This document shows, one piece after another, positions 18,298 to 30,900 of a stretch of DNA of 64,000 nucleotides. Position 1 is the first letter of the stretch, and the number at the start of each line of letters is the position of its first letter. The DNA is from an uncultured virus (IMG/VR IMGVR_UViG_3300025132_000025). Lineage: Duplodnaviria > Heunggongvirae > Uroviricota > Caudoviricetes. Location of the stretch: the IMG/VR virus record IMGVR_UViG_3300025132_000025. One strand, written 5' to 3'. The translations under genes were made by a program, and so were the position numbers. Below the pieces are notes generated by a model. It was not told where the DNA came from, did not search any database, and worked only from the letters and a program-made list of their open reading frames with translations.

Positions 18298-19272
18298 ATG
18301 GCAAGACATGAAAATTATAAAATTCTTATCGGAAAAAATGTAGCTAGAGCAGCAACAAGCGTTGCTGGACTAGCAGACGGTGAGGTCGCAGTAGTAAAGT
18401 CAGATATGACTTTAATGGCTGCAGGTGAAACTATCGCTAATAGCGATTATTGCTACATTGTACAAGGTACAACTGGCGCACCAAGGTTCTCGGCAAAAAT
18501 CCAAGGACTACAAGTAGAAAAGTGGGATGGAACATCTTATGCTCCAGCAGTTCAACAAGTAGCACAAGTAGGTGCAGTTGCAGCAGGTGCGGGTTCTATT
18601 AACTTAGTAAACTCAACTGAATATGTATTCTCTATCATATTTACATATGATAAAGTTATCGGATCTGAAAGACAATTAGTAAGACGTTTTTACTATACTT
18701 CAGATGCAACAGCTACACAAGCTGAGATTTCTGCAGCTATGGTTGCAGCTATCAACGCTGATGATTACGCTAAAACTTTAGTAGTAGCAGCTCAAACTAC
18801 AGGTGGTGTACCAACTGATAGTGGATTCACTGTTACGGCTTTAGCACAAACTTATGCTATCATTGATGGTTATGAGCAAGTAACATTTAAGTGTGTAATG
18901 GACGGAGGTTTCTCTGATGGTGGTTCAACTACTTACGATGAGAACTTAACTGCTGCAGTTTATGGATCAGGTACATATGAGCATGTTTCTGATTTAGAAA
19001 GAGCTGCTTTAGGATATGATGGTGTAACTAACTTAATGAGATTCCCAGTACCTTCGTACCCAGTGTACGCAGCATCAGGGGCTACTTATGATGTTTATGC
19101 AGTATCACATTCTGATAGACACGCTACAGCTAATCTTAACAAAGATGGCTTAAGCCCAGAAATGACATTGGTAGCAATACCTGTTGGAGCTGGTCAGCAG
19201 GCTGCTTTTGAAGGAGAACTTAATCCTTGGATGAATTCTTGTCCGGGTAACTTCCCAGCAGTAGCACTGTAA
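18298..19272 (+). CDS. Structural protein (auxiliary capsid-like)
   Basis: Ala/Thr/Gly-rich, MCP-like codon bias, position in the head module. Confidence 0.6.
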   Translation: MARHENYKILIGKNVARAATSVAGLADGEVAVVKSDMTLMAAGETIANSDYCYIVQGTTGAPRFSAKIQGLQVEKWDGTSYAPAVQQVAQVGAVAAGAGSINLVNSTEYVFSIIFTYDKVIGSERQLVRRFYYTSDATATQAEISAAMVAAINADDYAKTLVVAAQTTGGVPTDSGFTVTALAQTYAIIDGYEQVTFKCVMDGGFSDGGSTTYDENLTAAVYGSGTYEHVSDLERAALGYDGVTNLMRFPVPSYPVYAASGATYDVYAVSHSDRHATANLNKDGLSPEMTLVAIPVGAGQQAAFEGELNPWMNSCPGNFPAVAL

Positions 19273-19305
19273 TAAAATAAATGTTTAACTTAAAAAATTA
19301 GAATA

Positions 19306-19698
19306 ATGGCAGCACCAACAATAACAGGAAAAGGGATCAACAGATCAGTAGAGGCAGCTACAGCTAACTTTGTATTTAGTGGTACAGTAGCTGGAGATTA
19401 TGACTCAACTGTAACGATTCCTGCTGGCGCAACTATTTTAGGAAGCGCTACAAAAGCAAACGTAACTATGGCAGGTGGTACTAATTTAATTATTAAAATG
19501 GGACCAGCAGCTTCAGGAGATGCATTATCAGCAGCTATAACAACAGCTGATATGAATGCGGCTTTAAAGCAAAACTTTGAACCAGCAGTTGCACCTTTAG
19601 CAGTTACTGCGGCAAATGACGGTGGAGTAATTTCAATTACTACTACTGGAACATATGCTTCAGGTGACGTAGATGTTACAGTCTTTTATGTAGTATAA
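19306..19698 (+). CDS. Small structural protein (head decoration-like)
   Basis: 130-aa beta-rich Ala/Thr protein (TIPAGATILG...VDVTVFYVV). Confidence 0.55.
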   Translation: MAAPTITGKGINRSVEAATANFVFSGTVAGDYDSTVTIPAGATILGSATKANVTMAGGTNLIIKMGPAASGDALSAAITTADMNAALKQNFEPAVAPLAVTAANDGGVISITTTGTYASGDVDVTVFYVV

Positions 19699-19713
19699 AA
19701 GAAAATGTTAATT

Positions 19714-19757
19714 ATATGTAGATATAGAGGGGAGAAATCCCTTCTATATTTGCGTAT
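19714..19757 (+). terminator. 20-bp hairpin with GAAA tetraloop closing the capsid operon
   Basis: ATATGTAGATATAGAGGGGA-GAAA-TCCCTTCTATATTTGCGTAT pairs fully if G-U is allowed. Confidence 0.65.
19745..19752 (+). promoter_or_regulatory. Bacteroidota -7 promoter element (TATATTTG) before the tail-fibre module
   Basis: TAnnTTTG match inside the 3' arm of the hairpin. Confidence 0.55.
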
Positions 19758-19773
19758 TTAAAAAAGTATATAA

Positions 19774-20382
19774 ATGGCTGGAATAACAAAGGTAGACTTT
19801 AGAGTACATGAAGCATGCGATAACAAAAGTATTATATTTACAGATATTACAGGAACGTATAGTACGTTTACTCCTGGCGGTTGGGGTATACCTAACTATG
19901 AATTAGGAGATGTAATAGATGCTGAAATAATTGTAACCACACCTAGTGGTACAAAATATATATTAGACATGGCAACCATTTCACCAGACCTTCCAAACGG
20001 AACAAATGGTGAATTTAATATACATATGGGACTTCTTGGAGGAACTGCGGGACAAACCGTAATTCAAGGAATCTATGAATTCGAATATAGAATTTTAGTT
20101 AATGATGGAACTCAAGGCGGTTTCTTAATTACTAAACGAAAGTATGGATTAATGTCTAGTGTAATTAAATGTTGTGTTCATAAAATGTTAGCTAATCTTG
20201 ATATATGTGACGACTGTCCATGTGGAGAAGATAAGTCAAATGCTCTTGAAGCCTACACTCTTTATAAAGCTATGTTATATGCATATACTTGCGGTAGTTT
20301 AACTAAAGCCGCGAAAATGGCAAAGCAGGTAAATAAATTGTGTAATTATAAGGGGACTTGTGCATCATGCACATCTTCATAA
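19774..20382 (+). CDS. Structural protein (tail hub/fibre-attachment-like) with Cys-rich helical C-terminus
   Basis: FTDITGTY....GGWG N-terminal motif; C-terminal CC..K...CDDCPC; position. Confidence 0.55.
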   Translation: MAGITKVDFRVHEACDNKSIIFTDITGTYSTFTPGGWGIPNYELGDVIDAEIIVTTPSGTKYILDMATISPDLPNGTNGEFNIHMGLLGGTAGQTVIQGIYEFEYRILVNDGTQGGFLITKRKYGLMSSVIKCCVHKMLANLDICDDCPCGEDKSNALEAYTLYKAMLYAYTCGSLTKAAKMAKQVNKLCNYKGTCASCTSS

Positions 20383-20394
20383 AACAGATAGTTA

Positions 20395-21279
20395 ATGGCA
20401 TGTGAAAGTTGTTTAAACGGGTGTGTAACGCCCCAACATTGCTCGTGTGATTGTAACACGTGCGCAGAAGCAAATAGTTGTGACATTCCTGTAGGAGATA
20501 CAGGACCTGTCGGACCCGCTGGACCTATGGGACCTCCGGGTGTAAATGGTACAGACGGATTACCAGGATTAGATGGTGCCGATGGATGTACTATGACTGA
20601 TATATATATCTCTGATGGTTTAGATGGTAATACTCCTGGAGATATTATTGTAACTACAGGTACAGCAGCACCGTGTCCAAGTACATATAATGCAGGTAAT
20701 ATTATATCTACAGTATTAGGCCCAGGAGGAGCAGTTCCTGCTGGAGTTATAGTTATGTGGAGTGGACCAGTAGCAACTATTCCAACCGGATGGGCTTTTT
20801 GTGATGGTACAAATGGTACACCTGATTTAAGAGGACACTTCATAGGAGCTTATGGCTCACAAGCAATTCATGCACCTTTCAATGCTTTAAACGGTAGTGG
20901 AGGATCTTTCACAATTAATCTATCACCAAATCAGATTCCAGCACATACACATAGTGGAGCACCTTTAACAGCGGTAACAACTACTGCAGATGATTCTCAT
21001 TGTCATGTATTATGGGGAAGAAATGGGACGGGAACAGCAGTTGGTCAATTTAGAGACCCTGAATATGGAAGAAGTAATTCACCACCTGCTCAATGGTTTT
21101 CTTCAACAACTTCTCCAACTAGTCCATGTAATACAGATATAAATACACACAATCATGCTGCAAATACTACAATAGGAGGACAAACAGGAGATGGAACACC
21201 TCAACTATCAGCACCTAATGGAGCTAATGTTGATGTAACAAATAAATTTTACACTTTAGCATTTATTATGAAATTATAA
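20395..21279 (+). CDS. Tail fibre with collagen-like repeat and tail-collar domain
   Basis: Ten Gly-X-Y triplets (20494-20586); PAGVIVMWSG...IPTGWAFCDGTNGTPDLRGHF collar motif; HxH motifs; YTLAFIMKL end. Confidence 0.8.
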   Translation: MACESCLNGCVTPQHCSCDCNTCAEANSCDIPVGDTGPVGPAGPMGPPGVNGTDGLPGLDGADGCTMTDIYISDGLDGNTPGDIIVTTGTAAPCPSTYNAGNIISTVLGPGGAVPAGVIVMWSGPVATIPTGWAFCDGTNGTPDLRGHFIGAYGSQAIHAPFNALNGSGGSFTINLSPNQIPAHTHSGAPLTAVTTTADDSHCHVLWGRNGTGTAVGQFRDPEYGRSNSPPAQWFSSTTSPTSPCNTDINTHNHAANTTIGGQTGDGTPQLSAPNGANVDVTNKFYTLAFIMKL

Positions 21280-21959
21280 TGAGTAAAACAGGGATTACCA
21301 CAGTAATAACAGAATATGATATAACTTATAGATTAAATAAGTTAAAATGTTGCTTTGCTACAAAAGCAGCAGAACTAGTTGATAAACAACGTTTTGGAAA
21401 AGAATGTAAAGATGAACTATGTAATTTAAAACTCTTAGGAGCTTATATTGAAATCATTGAATGTTACTCTCCTCTTCCTTGTAATTGTGAGGGAGAATGG
21501 GAGTTAGATGGTAAACTTATTTGGACATCGTCTTTAACTATTCCATATGGAACAGTCGTTAAAGCATATATGCGACCAAACGCAAACCCCGGAGAATATT
21601 TATATTTAAGATGGCAAGGAGTTGCTACATTAGTTCCTCCAGCAGGTTCATGTACTAATCCTGTTACAGGATTTACTGCGCCGTGCATGTCTGGCTTAAA
21701 TGGAGTTGGTCCAGCAACATGGAGTGTCTGTGGTAATGTAAAAGAAGCATGGCAAGCCGCTGGAAGTAATGACTGGAACCCATCTGTAGTATATGGACAA
21801 GGAGATATAGTTAAATTTATGGGAGGAGGTGTAGGAGCAAATCAGACTAAAAGAGGTAAATACTTTATTAGTATTACAGATCCAAACCCACAAGGAGCAG
21901 GATTTCATGAAAGTGGACATTGGATAGAATTAAAATGTTTTCCTAAACAGGAGGTATAA
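21279..21959 (+). CDS. Structural protein with CBM5/12-like carbohydrate-binding motifs
   Basis: WNPSVVYGQGDIVKF and WTSSLTIPYGTVVK resemble W....Y..GD.V modules; Cys-rich N-terminus. Confidence 0.5.
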   Translation: MSKTGITTVITEYDITYRLNKLKCCFATKAAELVDKQRFGKECKDELCNLKLLGAYIEIIECYSPLPCNCEGEWELDGKLIWTSSLTIPYGTVVKAYMRPNANPGEYLYLRWQGVATLVPPAGSCTNPVTGFTAPCMSGLNGVGPATWSVCGNVKEAWQAAGSNDWNPSVVYGQGDIVKFMGGGVGANQTKRGKYFISITDPNPQGAGFHESGHWIELKCFPKQEV

Positions 21960-21977
21960 TTAAATAAAAGTAATAGA

Positions 21978-24900
21978 ATGGCTCAAGAAGATTTTCAAAA
22001 ATGGTTTACCGGATTTCGTATGAAGACGAGTACTGTAGGGGGAGCAACTCCACCTATAAACTCAAACGTTCCTGATAGGGAAGCCAACTTTTCTACAGCA
22101 ACAGTAACAGCTCGTACTGCTATGACTATAGGTGGTGAGACCTATAATGCTGGAGATGTTATGGCTTTTTCTGATGGTCATTATATTTACAATAGGACTG
22201 CTAATGTTATGGGCGGTGCTCTTAATACTGGAAGTATAAAGAGTATGCCACAATCTGTTTCTATTGTTCCTGTTCCTGATTTTTTAGCTCAAAATATTGG
22301 TGGTACAGATTATAGAGGTAAGTTATTTTGGGTATTTTCTAACGGTCATCATAATGGAATAAGGATTGGAGTAATTGATATGACCCAAAATAGTGGATTA
22401 GGAGAGTTTAAAAACTATGCACAATCTGCACAGACACCACCAAGCGGTATATTAGGAACATTAAAAGATTCAGAAAGAGGTATAGGAGGTCGTATGACTG
22501 TTATCTGTAGAAGAGGAATGAAAGGATCCGACTCACAGGAGGAAGGTTATTGGGTTATTGCAAAACAAGCTACTAAAGCTACTGATACATTTAATGATAA
22601 TGGATGGTATGTATGGGCAATAACTAGTATAAATACTACTACTAAATTTCCTACAATATCTTCAGGGCCTGCAATAACTCCAGTAGTAAGTAATGTAGGT
22701 ACAAACTATACTGGTTGGGAAGATAATGGGCCACATGGTATAGTTGATGCTACACCTCTAGAAATTAGCCCTACTGCTGTAAATGATCATAAACTAGCAA
22801 CAATTTATAGAGCTACAGTTGGTACATCTGTACTTACACAAGAAAATGATACTGTAGAAGTACTTACATTTAATGGTACTACAGGAGCTATAACTAATCC
22901 AACAACAAAAATTACAAAAGGTTTTGATAAGGGGCCTCTAGGGTGGCCAGCTCCAGTTAGCCAGCCCGCAAGATATTATAATATGTATGTTTGTTGGTCT
23001 CATGATAGTACAGCTACAACAGGTTATCTTTATTATGGTAATTATAATGTACCTGCAGCAGCTCCAGGAACTCCTGGATTACAAATTCTATGGAATGAGA
23101 TAAATAATTTAAATGTATGGTCTCTTACGAATTTAGGATCTCTAGAAGTAGAGGATAATTCAGGTACTAATATATGGAATTCTATAGGACCTGGTAGAAT
23201 TATTGGAGGTATTTGGAGAGATCCTCAAAAAGTGGGAAGAATATTTGTATCTACTCCTGAACAAACACAACAATATACACTAGCAGTAAGTTCTTCATCT
23301 CCAGTTTGGAGTATGGATTATCCAGAAATATATGGAACAGCCACTGTTGGAGTAGCGAATCCGATCCAGCATTGTATTATAGAAAATGCTGATGATCCTG
23401 TGACTACTAATCCAACTTTATCTATGGTTGGAACACTTGATAATGCAACATATTATAAGTATGGAGCTCCTCAATTTACTATTTGCGCTACAACAGCTCC
23501 TACATCTCCAGATATATCAATAAAAAAATGTGTTGGAAGACAGTATGTATTAGATACAGAAGGCTCACTTTATATATTAGATACAGCAGCTCCTGCTAGT
23601 ACAGTAAATCAAGTTACTACTTTTGGAGGTCTTACTAATTTAGTTGGTATGAGTATTAATCAATATACTGATCAACATTTTATATGGAGTTCTCCTACCG
23701 GAGGAAACAGTATAAGCTATTCAAAATTTAATAGTGATACAAGTTTAGTAGCAAATCCAGTAGCTATTGGGGGAGGTAACTTGGCTACATATGCAGATAT
23801 TCCAGTTATGGCATCTTCAACAGGCTGGGTTAATGCAGCAGGTTCAGGAACATCTAATGCAGCTTCGTTATGTAAAACGCAGGAAGGACTAGGATTAAAA
23901 GCTGGAAGTACTACTTTATATAGTTATGTTGAAATAGATACAGATGCTAATACAATAAACACTTATAATGCAGCCGCACAAATAGATATATCATCAGCTT
24001 TTAGTGGAGCTTTAGCTGGTAAAACCCCTACAGCAGCAGTAGTTTATAAAGATCACTCTACAGCAACGATTAAACAATTATGGGTAGCTTTTGGAGATAG
24101 AATAGCTTACCTTAACCGCTTAACTAATTCATGGACATTAGTTACAGCTACAGCCCCAGCAAATATTACTGCTTTACAAATTACGAATAGTGGAGCAACA
24201 CCAACTATATGGGTATATTCAGGGGCTGCAGGATCAACAATTAGTCATTCAGGAGTTCCTTCTGCAGGGGCTGGATTTACATTTACAGCTTTTGCAACTT
24301 CTATTATTACCGATCCTGGAAGCTTTCCATGGTTAAAACTTCCTATATCTATAGGGGGCCAAAATGCTGCCCAGTATTTTGATCATTCTCCTTTACGTAT
24401 AACTTCATCACATCCTGACTATTTAGTTTATGAATCTACTTGTGATGATGCATTAAATGACACTTGGAAACAAGCTGTTACAGGTGAACATAGAGGATGT
24501 TTTTATTGTGGTGGTGAGATTACAGACTGGAAGCATGATGTTACATGTGATTGGCTTTTACCTGATCAAACTTTTTCACAATGTAGATTTTGTGTAGAAG
24601 ATTTATTTGATGAGTGTGTTGCATTATACCCATGTTGTAATATAGAAACTGACCCACCTTTAACGAGTGGTATGGGTCCAGTAGAGCTACCTGGTATTGT
24701 AACAAATACAGGATCAGTTACTGTAGGTAATACATACTCAGCTAGTGCAGGTGGAGCTACACCTGTTTGTTCAGTAGCTGTAACTCCAGAGAATCATTTT
24801 TGGTTTACCTCTGAAGATGGTAATATATATTCAATAGATAATTCAATACTAGGAACTTGTTCAATTTCTGCATTTTCTGTACAGAATGGTCTTATACCAG

Positions 24901-27900
24901 ATTTAAAAGATGTAACTTTTGATAAGCATGGTAATGTTATATATACATCAAGTGTATCAGATATATCTTGGGCATCCGCTTTAACAGTAAATTATATATC
25001 ACCTGGAGAACTTATTTCAAATACATTTAATGTACCTCAATGTTTAGATTATGATTATTCTGCTACAGGGCATATTGTAGGAGGAGATATGGTAGCAGCA
25101 GTTGCTACATTTACTAGATATACAAATTCTTTAGGTGGAGGTTTAGCTATAGCTACTACTGTAACTAATGCTACAATTAGCTTAGGGTATGATTTAACTG
25201 TTGATTATAATAGTGGTGATTACTTTGTACTAGGAGATGAGACTGGAGGAGGAGGTTTAAATAAATTACTTAGTATCGATGATGCTAATGGTAATCATAC
25301 ATTAATATCTGATATAGCTACTGTTTGTAGTTTTGTAGCAGGTCAAAATGCATATGGTATAGAAAGAATTAGAACGGCTCAATCAACAAGTGCTATGTAT
25401 GTTCTATCTGCTATACAAATAGGATTAGGTCCTATTGAAATATACCTACACGAATTAACGGATGATGGAAGTACTCAAGTATCTGTAATACCATTAACTA
25501 ATCCAGTAACAGCAACAAATAGCTGGACTAACATTCCTACTGGACTAGGTTATAATGATGTATGTTCGAAATGGCCAAATAATATAGATCCAAATCTAAC
25601 TAATTATACTGATTGTAATACATGTATTTCTGATCCAAGCACAGAAGATTGTTGTTATAAATTAACAAACTGTGATACAGGAGCTATACAATATAGTACT
25701 CAAGGTTTATTAGATCCTTATGTTGGAGGTGTAATAAGACTTACAGGAGATACATGTTGGGAGGTAGAAAGATCTTTATACTGCAATAGTCCAGTAACAG
25801 TAATCCCAGCAACCTCTCCTGGCCCTTATGCAGACTGTGCAGCATGTGATGTACCAGACCCTATTTACTATAAATTACCTAAATGTGGAGATGCTAGTAA
25901 TGTTGTGTATACAGTTAATGGAGCAACAGCTGTATCAACTCCAGGTATAGATGGTTATTTTGCAGCAGGAGTAGTAGTTAACTTAACTGGAGAATGCTTC
26001 TGTAGAGAAGTACAACTTAATCCTTCAGGCCCACAAGGAACTGAAGCTAATTTAAGTGTAGCAAGTACACAAGTTGATTGTGCTAATTGTATATATTACT
26101 TAAGAGTTGAAGATTGTGTTACCGGTGCTATAATTAATGTTGATTATGCGTCATCAACAACACTTCATCCTTTCATAGGAGCAGCTAATGCCCATGATAT
26201 TACAATAGGAGGAGTAGCTCAAGATAACTGTTTTAAAGTATTAGTAGGCTGTATAGGCCCTACAACAGTAACATATCCTACTGCAGCTATAACTGCAAGT
26301 TACGCTGATTGTGCAGCATGTGCGACTGCAGGTCAAACATGTGTAAAAGTATCACATTGTTGTGGAACTAGTTATGTACCAGATCAAATTGTTAATGTAA
26401 CAACAGGAATTACAGCAGCAGATGTTGGAGCAGTAGTACAAGCAGATATAACAGTAGCTGGTGTTATTTATACAGGGTGTTGGACAGTAAGTGCTAATGC
26501 TGATTGTGTAGGTGTATTACCAGACGCAGATGTAAATGCAATTAATACTGCAACAGTAGGTACAGGTAATATGCCAGATTGTACTTATTGTTTAATTGAT
26601 CCATGTCCTTTAGAATGTACACTACTAGAATCATGTACTGATCCAGGTATTACTATTACTGTATCAGGAGGATTAGGAAATAGTATTGGAACAGATGTCG
26701 TAGAATTATCTGGACAATTAGGATGTTGGAAACAATGTTTAACATCAGGAAATCCAATAGCAGGTACACATTGGTTCTATGGAGAAAGGCTCGGAATAGA
26801 TTTTAGTTCGGGAGCACCTGTGTCTGATATGAATGGAATGTCTGATATGCTTACTTACAACGCTAGTAATGCTATAGGTGCTGATGCTTGGACATTTAGA
26901 GGATCAGCAGTTCACTCTGCAACAGAAGCCGCTACTCTAGGTGGACACGCTTTTGCGGCAGGAGATTTAATGTTCTATACTGACGGTCATTATATATATG
27001 ATAGAACTCATACTAAGATGAACCTTGATTCGGGAGCTGTACATAAAGGAGATGCAAATGTAGGAACAGTAGGTGATGATGGAAAAACATTCCCAGCTCA
27101 AGGAGCATTAGTTATACCAAATGCAGCAGGAGGATTAGTAGGAAATGTATGGAAACAATATTATGTTATACAAAATTCATGTCATAATGGTCCTATAAAA
27201 TGGTCTATTGTTGATATGACTTTAAACAGTGGAAAAGGAGAAGTATTAGCTGCATCGGCTAATACTACATTAGTAGCAAGTGCCGCTGAGATGATGTGTG
27301 TTAATACTACAACTGGAATAGGATCAGGAGCTTACTGGCATTTCTTCTTTATACCTCCTATGGCTAATGGTACTGACCTTAATAATCAGAATATTCAAGC
27401 TATTAAATTTAGTAACGCCGGAATAGGTACACCTTTTATGGCAGTAGATATGCCATTTGGTAGATGGGATTCTTCCAATATCCAGTTTTCAGGAGAGATG
27501 GTGGTTAATCAAACAAATGATATTATAGCAATAAGAACAAATCAGTCAAAAACTGGATTTAATCAAAACTGGATATTGCATGTTTGGGGGCTAAACCCTA
27601 CTACAGCGTTATCTGCTACAGCTACTACTGGATTAATCAGTAATGATGGCTGGAATGCAGGAGCTCAAAATGGAGCATATTCTTGGATTCTAGGAGGATC
27701 TTACCAAGAACAAAATGTTACATTTGGAGGATATACTGGATTTTTAGGTATGGATAAACCTAGGACTCTAGCATTTAGTGCGGGTGGAGACTACCTCATT
27801 TACGCATATGCAAATTATTATGAGCCTTCTGATCCATTTAATTTACCTTTAGTTCAATCTGGATGGGGTCTAAATGTGATGAAAATAAAAGACTATGCAA

Positions 27901-30900
27901 ATGAATTAATGATTACAAATGGATGGGTAACGCCTAGTTCAACTAATGATGGAAATACCTTTGATACTGATCCTAATAAATATATGTTTTCTTTCCCTGT
28001 TGTTGGTTCTTCCCCAAATACGACACTTTCCCAAAAAACATTCCCTGACGCTTCTACTGCTAGTGGATGGTTAGGAGGAACTCCGCCAGATGAAACTAGA
28101 TGTAATGTTGCAATTACAGATATGACTATGGGTCCTGATAATAACTTATGGTTATCTATGGTAGAATGGACTCAAGATGATATATATAAATTATCAATAG
28201 GACAAGGACAACAGGTTACAAATTCTCTATTAAGACTTAGTAATCCTACTAGTGGTGTATCAATAGAAGATCAATTAACATTTGTAACTCCAGTAGGATC
28301 ATTTGATATTGGTAATAGACGAATGGGAGAAAGATTCCCAGTATGGTTAAATATGCCTTGTCCGTGTGATCCGGCAAATGTTATAAGCCCAGATCCTACA
28401 ATTACAGCTACACATACTGATTGTACAGATTGTGCACCTCCACCAAACTTCTGTTATAAATTAACAGAATGTGAATGTACTGGAGGGACATCAGGATATA
28501 ATCAATGTGCTGTAAATGATCCAGCTACAATGCCTGCTCCTATGGTTACATACGGAAAGAGTTGGTCACCAACTTGTACTTCTGGAAATGTAACTCAAAG
28601 ATGGCAAGCAATAGTAAATGCAGTACAAGCATTAGGAACTACTGCATCACCAGGTATAGCACAAACAGTAAACTTTAGCTATAGCTTTATTAATGATGGG
28701 GCTACATTCCCATTAGGAGGAGGGTATCCAGGATTTGGACCAGCTAAAGCTGTAGAACAAGGGCCAGGTACAGCTAATCCAACAGGTACTAGTAGTGCAT
28801 GTGCTCCTTATAATAAAACATATCAAATTACATTTGTACAGTTTAGAGCAGAAATGGTAACAATGTTTAATAACATTAAAGCTATGTTCGAAGGAATGTT
28901 TAATACAAATTGTGGATATGGAGCTAACCTAACTGTTAACTTTACAGATTTAGGATATGAAACTGGATATACTGCAGGTGATCCAGCAATGGGAACAAAT
29001 ACTATAGCAAGTTCTAATGGAACATCTTTTACTGATAGTAATGGAGTAGCAGGAATAGGAGACTTTAGAATTGGTTTTGCAGACTTCGGAGCTATAGATG
29101 GCCCTTGTGGAAATACAGGAGCAGCGTCAGGAATATTAGGATTATGCTTTACAGGAGATATAAATAATAATAACCCAGGAATTGCTAAAACTTCTCCGTA
29201 TGTAGGTTTATTATTATTCGATGCAAATGAAGATTGGAGAAAAGCAGGAGATGCCGTAGTAGCAAATTCATTTGATTTAATCAGAGTAGGTATACACGAA
29301 ATACTACACGCATTTGGATATGGTCATGATTTCTTAACCTTTGGTCCTCAAGCTGCAAATTGTGATTGTCCTTGTTATCAATCTGATTCTACATGCCCTA
29401 GTATGTATCCAACACCAGCTGGAGTTATTCCTAATGGTGATGCTTTGATGGGACCATTTGCAACCACTGCTTCTTTTGGTACTGTATTCCCAACTGGTCT
29501 TATGGGCCCAGAAGGAATATATGATAGAAGAGCTACATGTGGTATTTACGGAAATGATGATCCAAACTATGCATGTCAAGATGGAGTATGTTTAGGTAGT
29601 GGATGTACATATATTACAGAATACTCTGATGATCCAGCGCTTTCAGCATATGTAGGAGGAATAATAACTTGGGATAATGGAGATGCAGCAGGAGAAAGAT
29701 GTTGGACTGTTGAAATAGAAAACCCATGTCCAGCAGGAGTTCCACTAGTTAATCCTGTAAATTTAGTTTCAGGAAACCCAACTGGAGATTGTGATGATTG
29801 TGATCCAGTAAGTCCATGTTGGACATTAGATTTATGTAGTTGTGATACTAGTATGGGAGCACCAGCTCAAATAATTACTACTACAGATATGTCAGGATAT
29901 TGTGACGGAACAATAGGTACAGGAACTGTAGTAGAAATAGATCTATACCCAGGAGCATGTTATGAAATAAATTGTGCGGGACCAGATCCTTGTCCTGCAG
30001 CTGGAACAGTCGCTGTTGTAGTTACAAATACATATCCAGCTTGTGTAGACTGTTGTAGTTCAACGCAAACATGTTATCAATTATGTCCTTGTACCCCTAG
30101 TTATGACTCGTGTAGTGCAGCAACTTTAATATCTACTACTATTGCAGGATATTCACAAAATTATCAGGAATATTCCGTAAATACTCCAACTGATACGCAT
30201 AACAGTAAAAAGTTAATTACTGGTTCACTGCCTAGCAGCTCAGGTGTATGTTATGATAATGTTACTGGAAACGCTATAGCTAGATTGCAAGGAATACGTA
30301 TTTATAAATGTGGTACTATGAATGATCCATTAGATGGTATGACTAATTATTATTGGAGTCAAGCTCAGAGTTGGTCTACAGCTAGAGCTGAACTAGTAGC
30401 AGCAGGTTATGGTAATGCTACTATGGATTATGATACAATGAAAGCATGGTTGCAAGCCAACTATGTTAGTCTGGATGGAACATTAGCTTGTTTTGCAATA
30501 AATGGAGGGCTTTGTTTCTGTAATAGTACTTGTACTGTAGTAACAAATGATCTATCTGGTCAATTAGGAGATGTAGTAACACTAGGAGGAGCGCCACCAG
30601 CACCATTAAATACAACTGAATGTTATGAAGTTCAGGCATGTGGTACATGTGGAACAGGTTCATGTAACCCAGTAGGAGCAGTTGTTATAAATACAGTTCA
30701 TCCAAATTGTCCAGATTGTGTAGCTGGTGGAGGATGTATTTGTTATAAATTAACAGATTGTTCAGATCCAAACATTGTTATTAATAATGTATGCCAGAGT
30801 GCGGCATTAGATACAGCATTTATAAATGGAGATATAATACAAATAAATGGAAACACTCAAACTTGTTGGGAAATAGACTGTGATGATAATAATATGTGTG

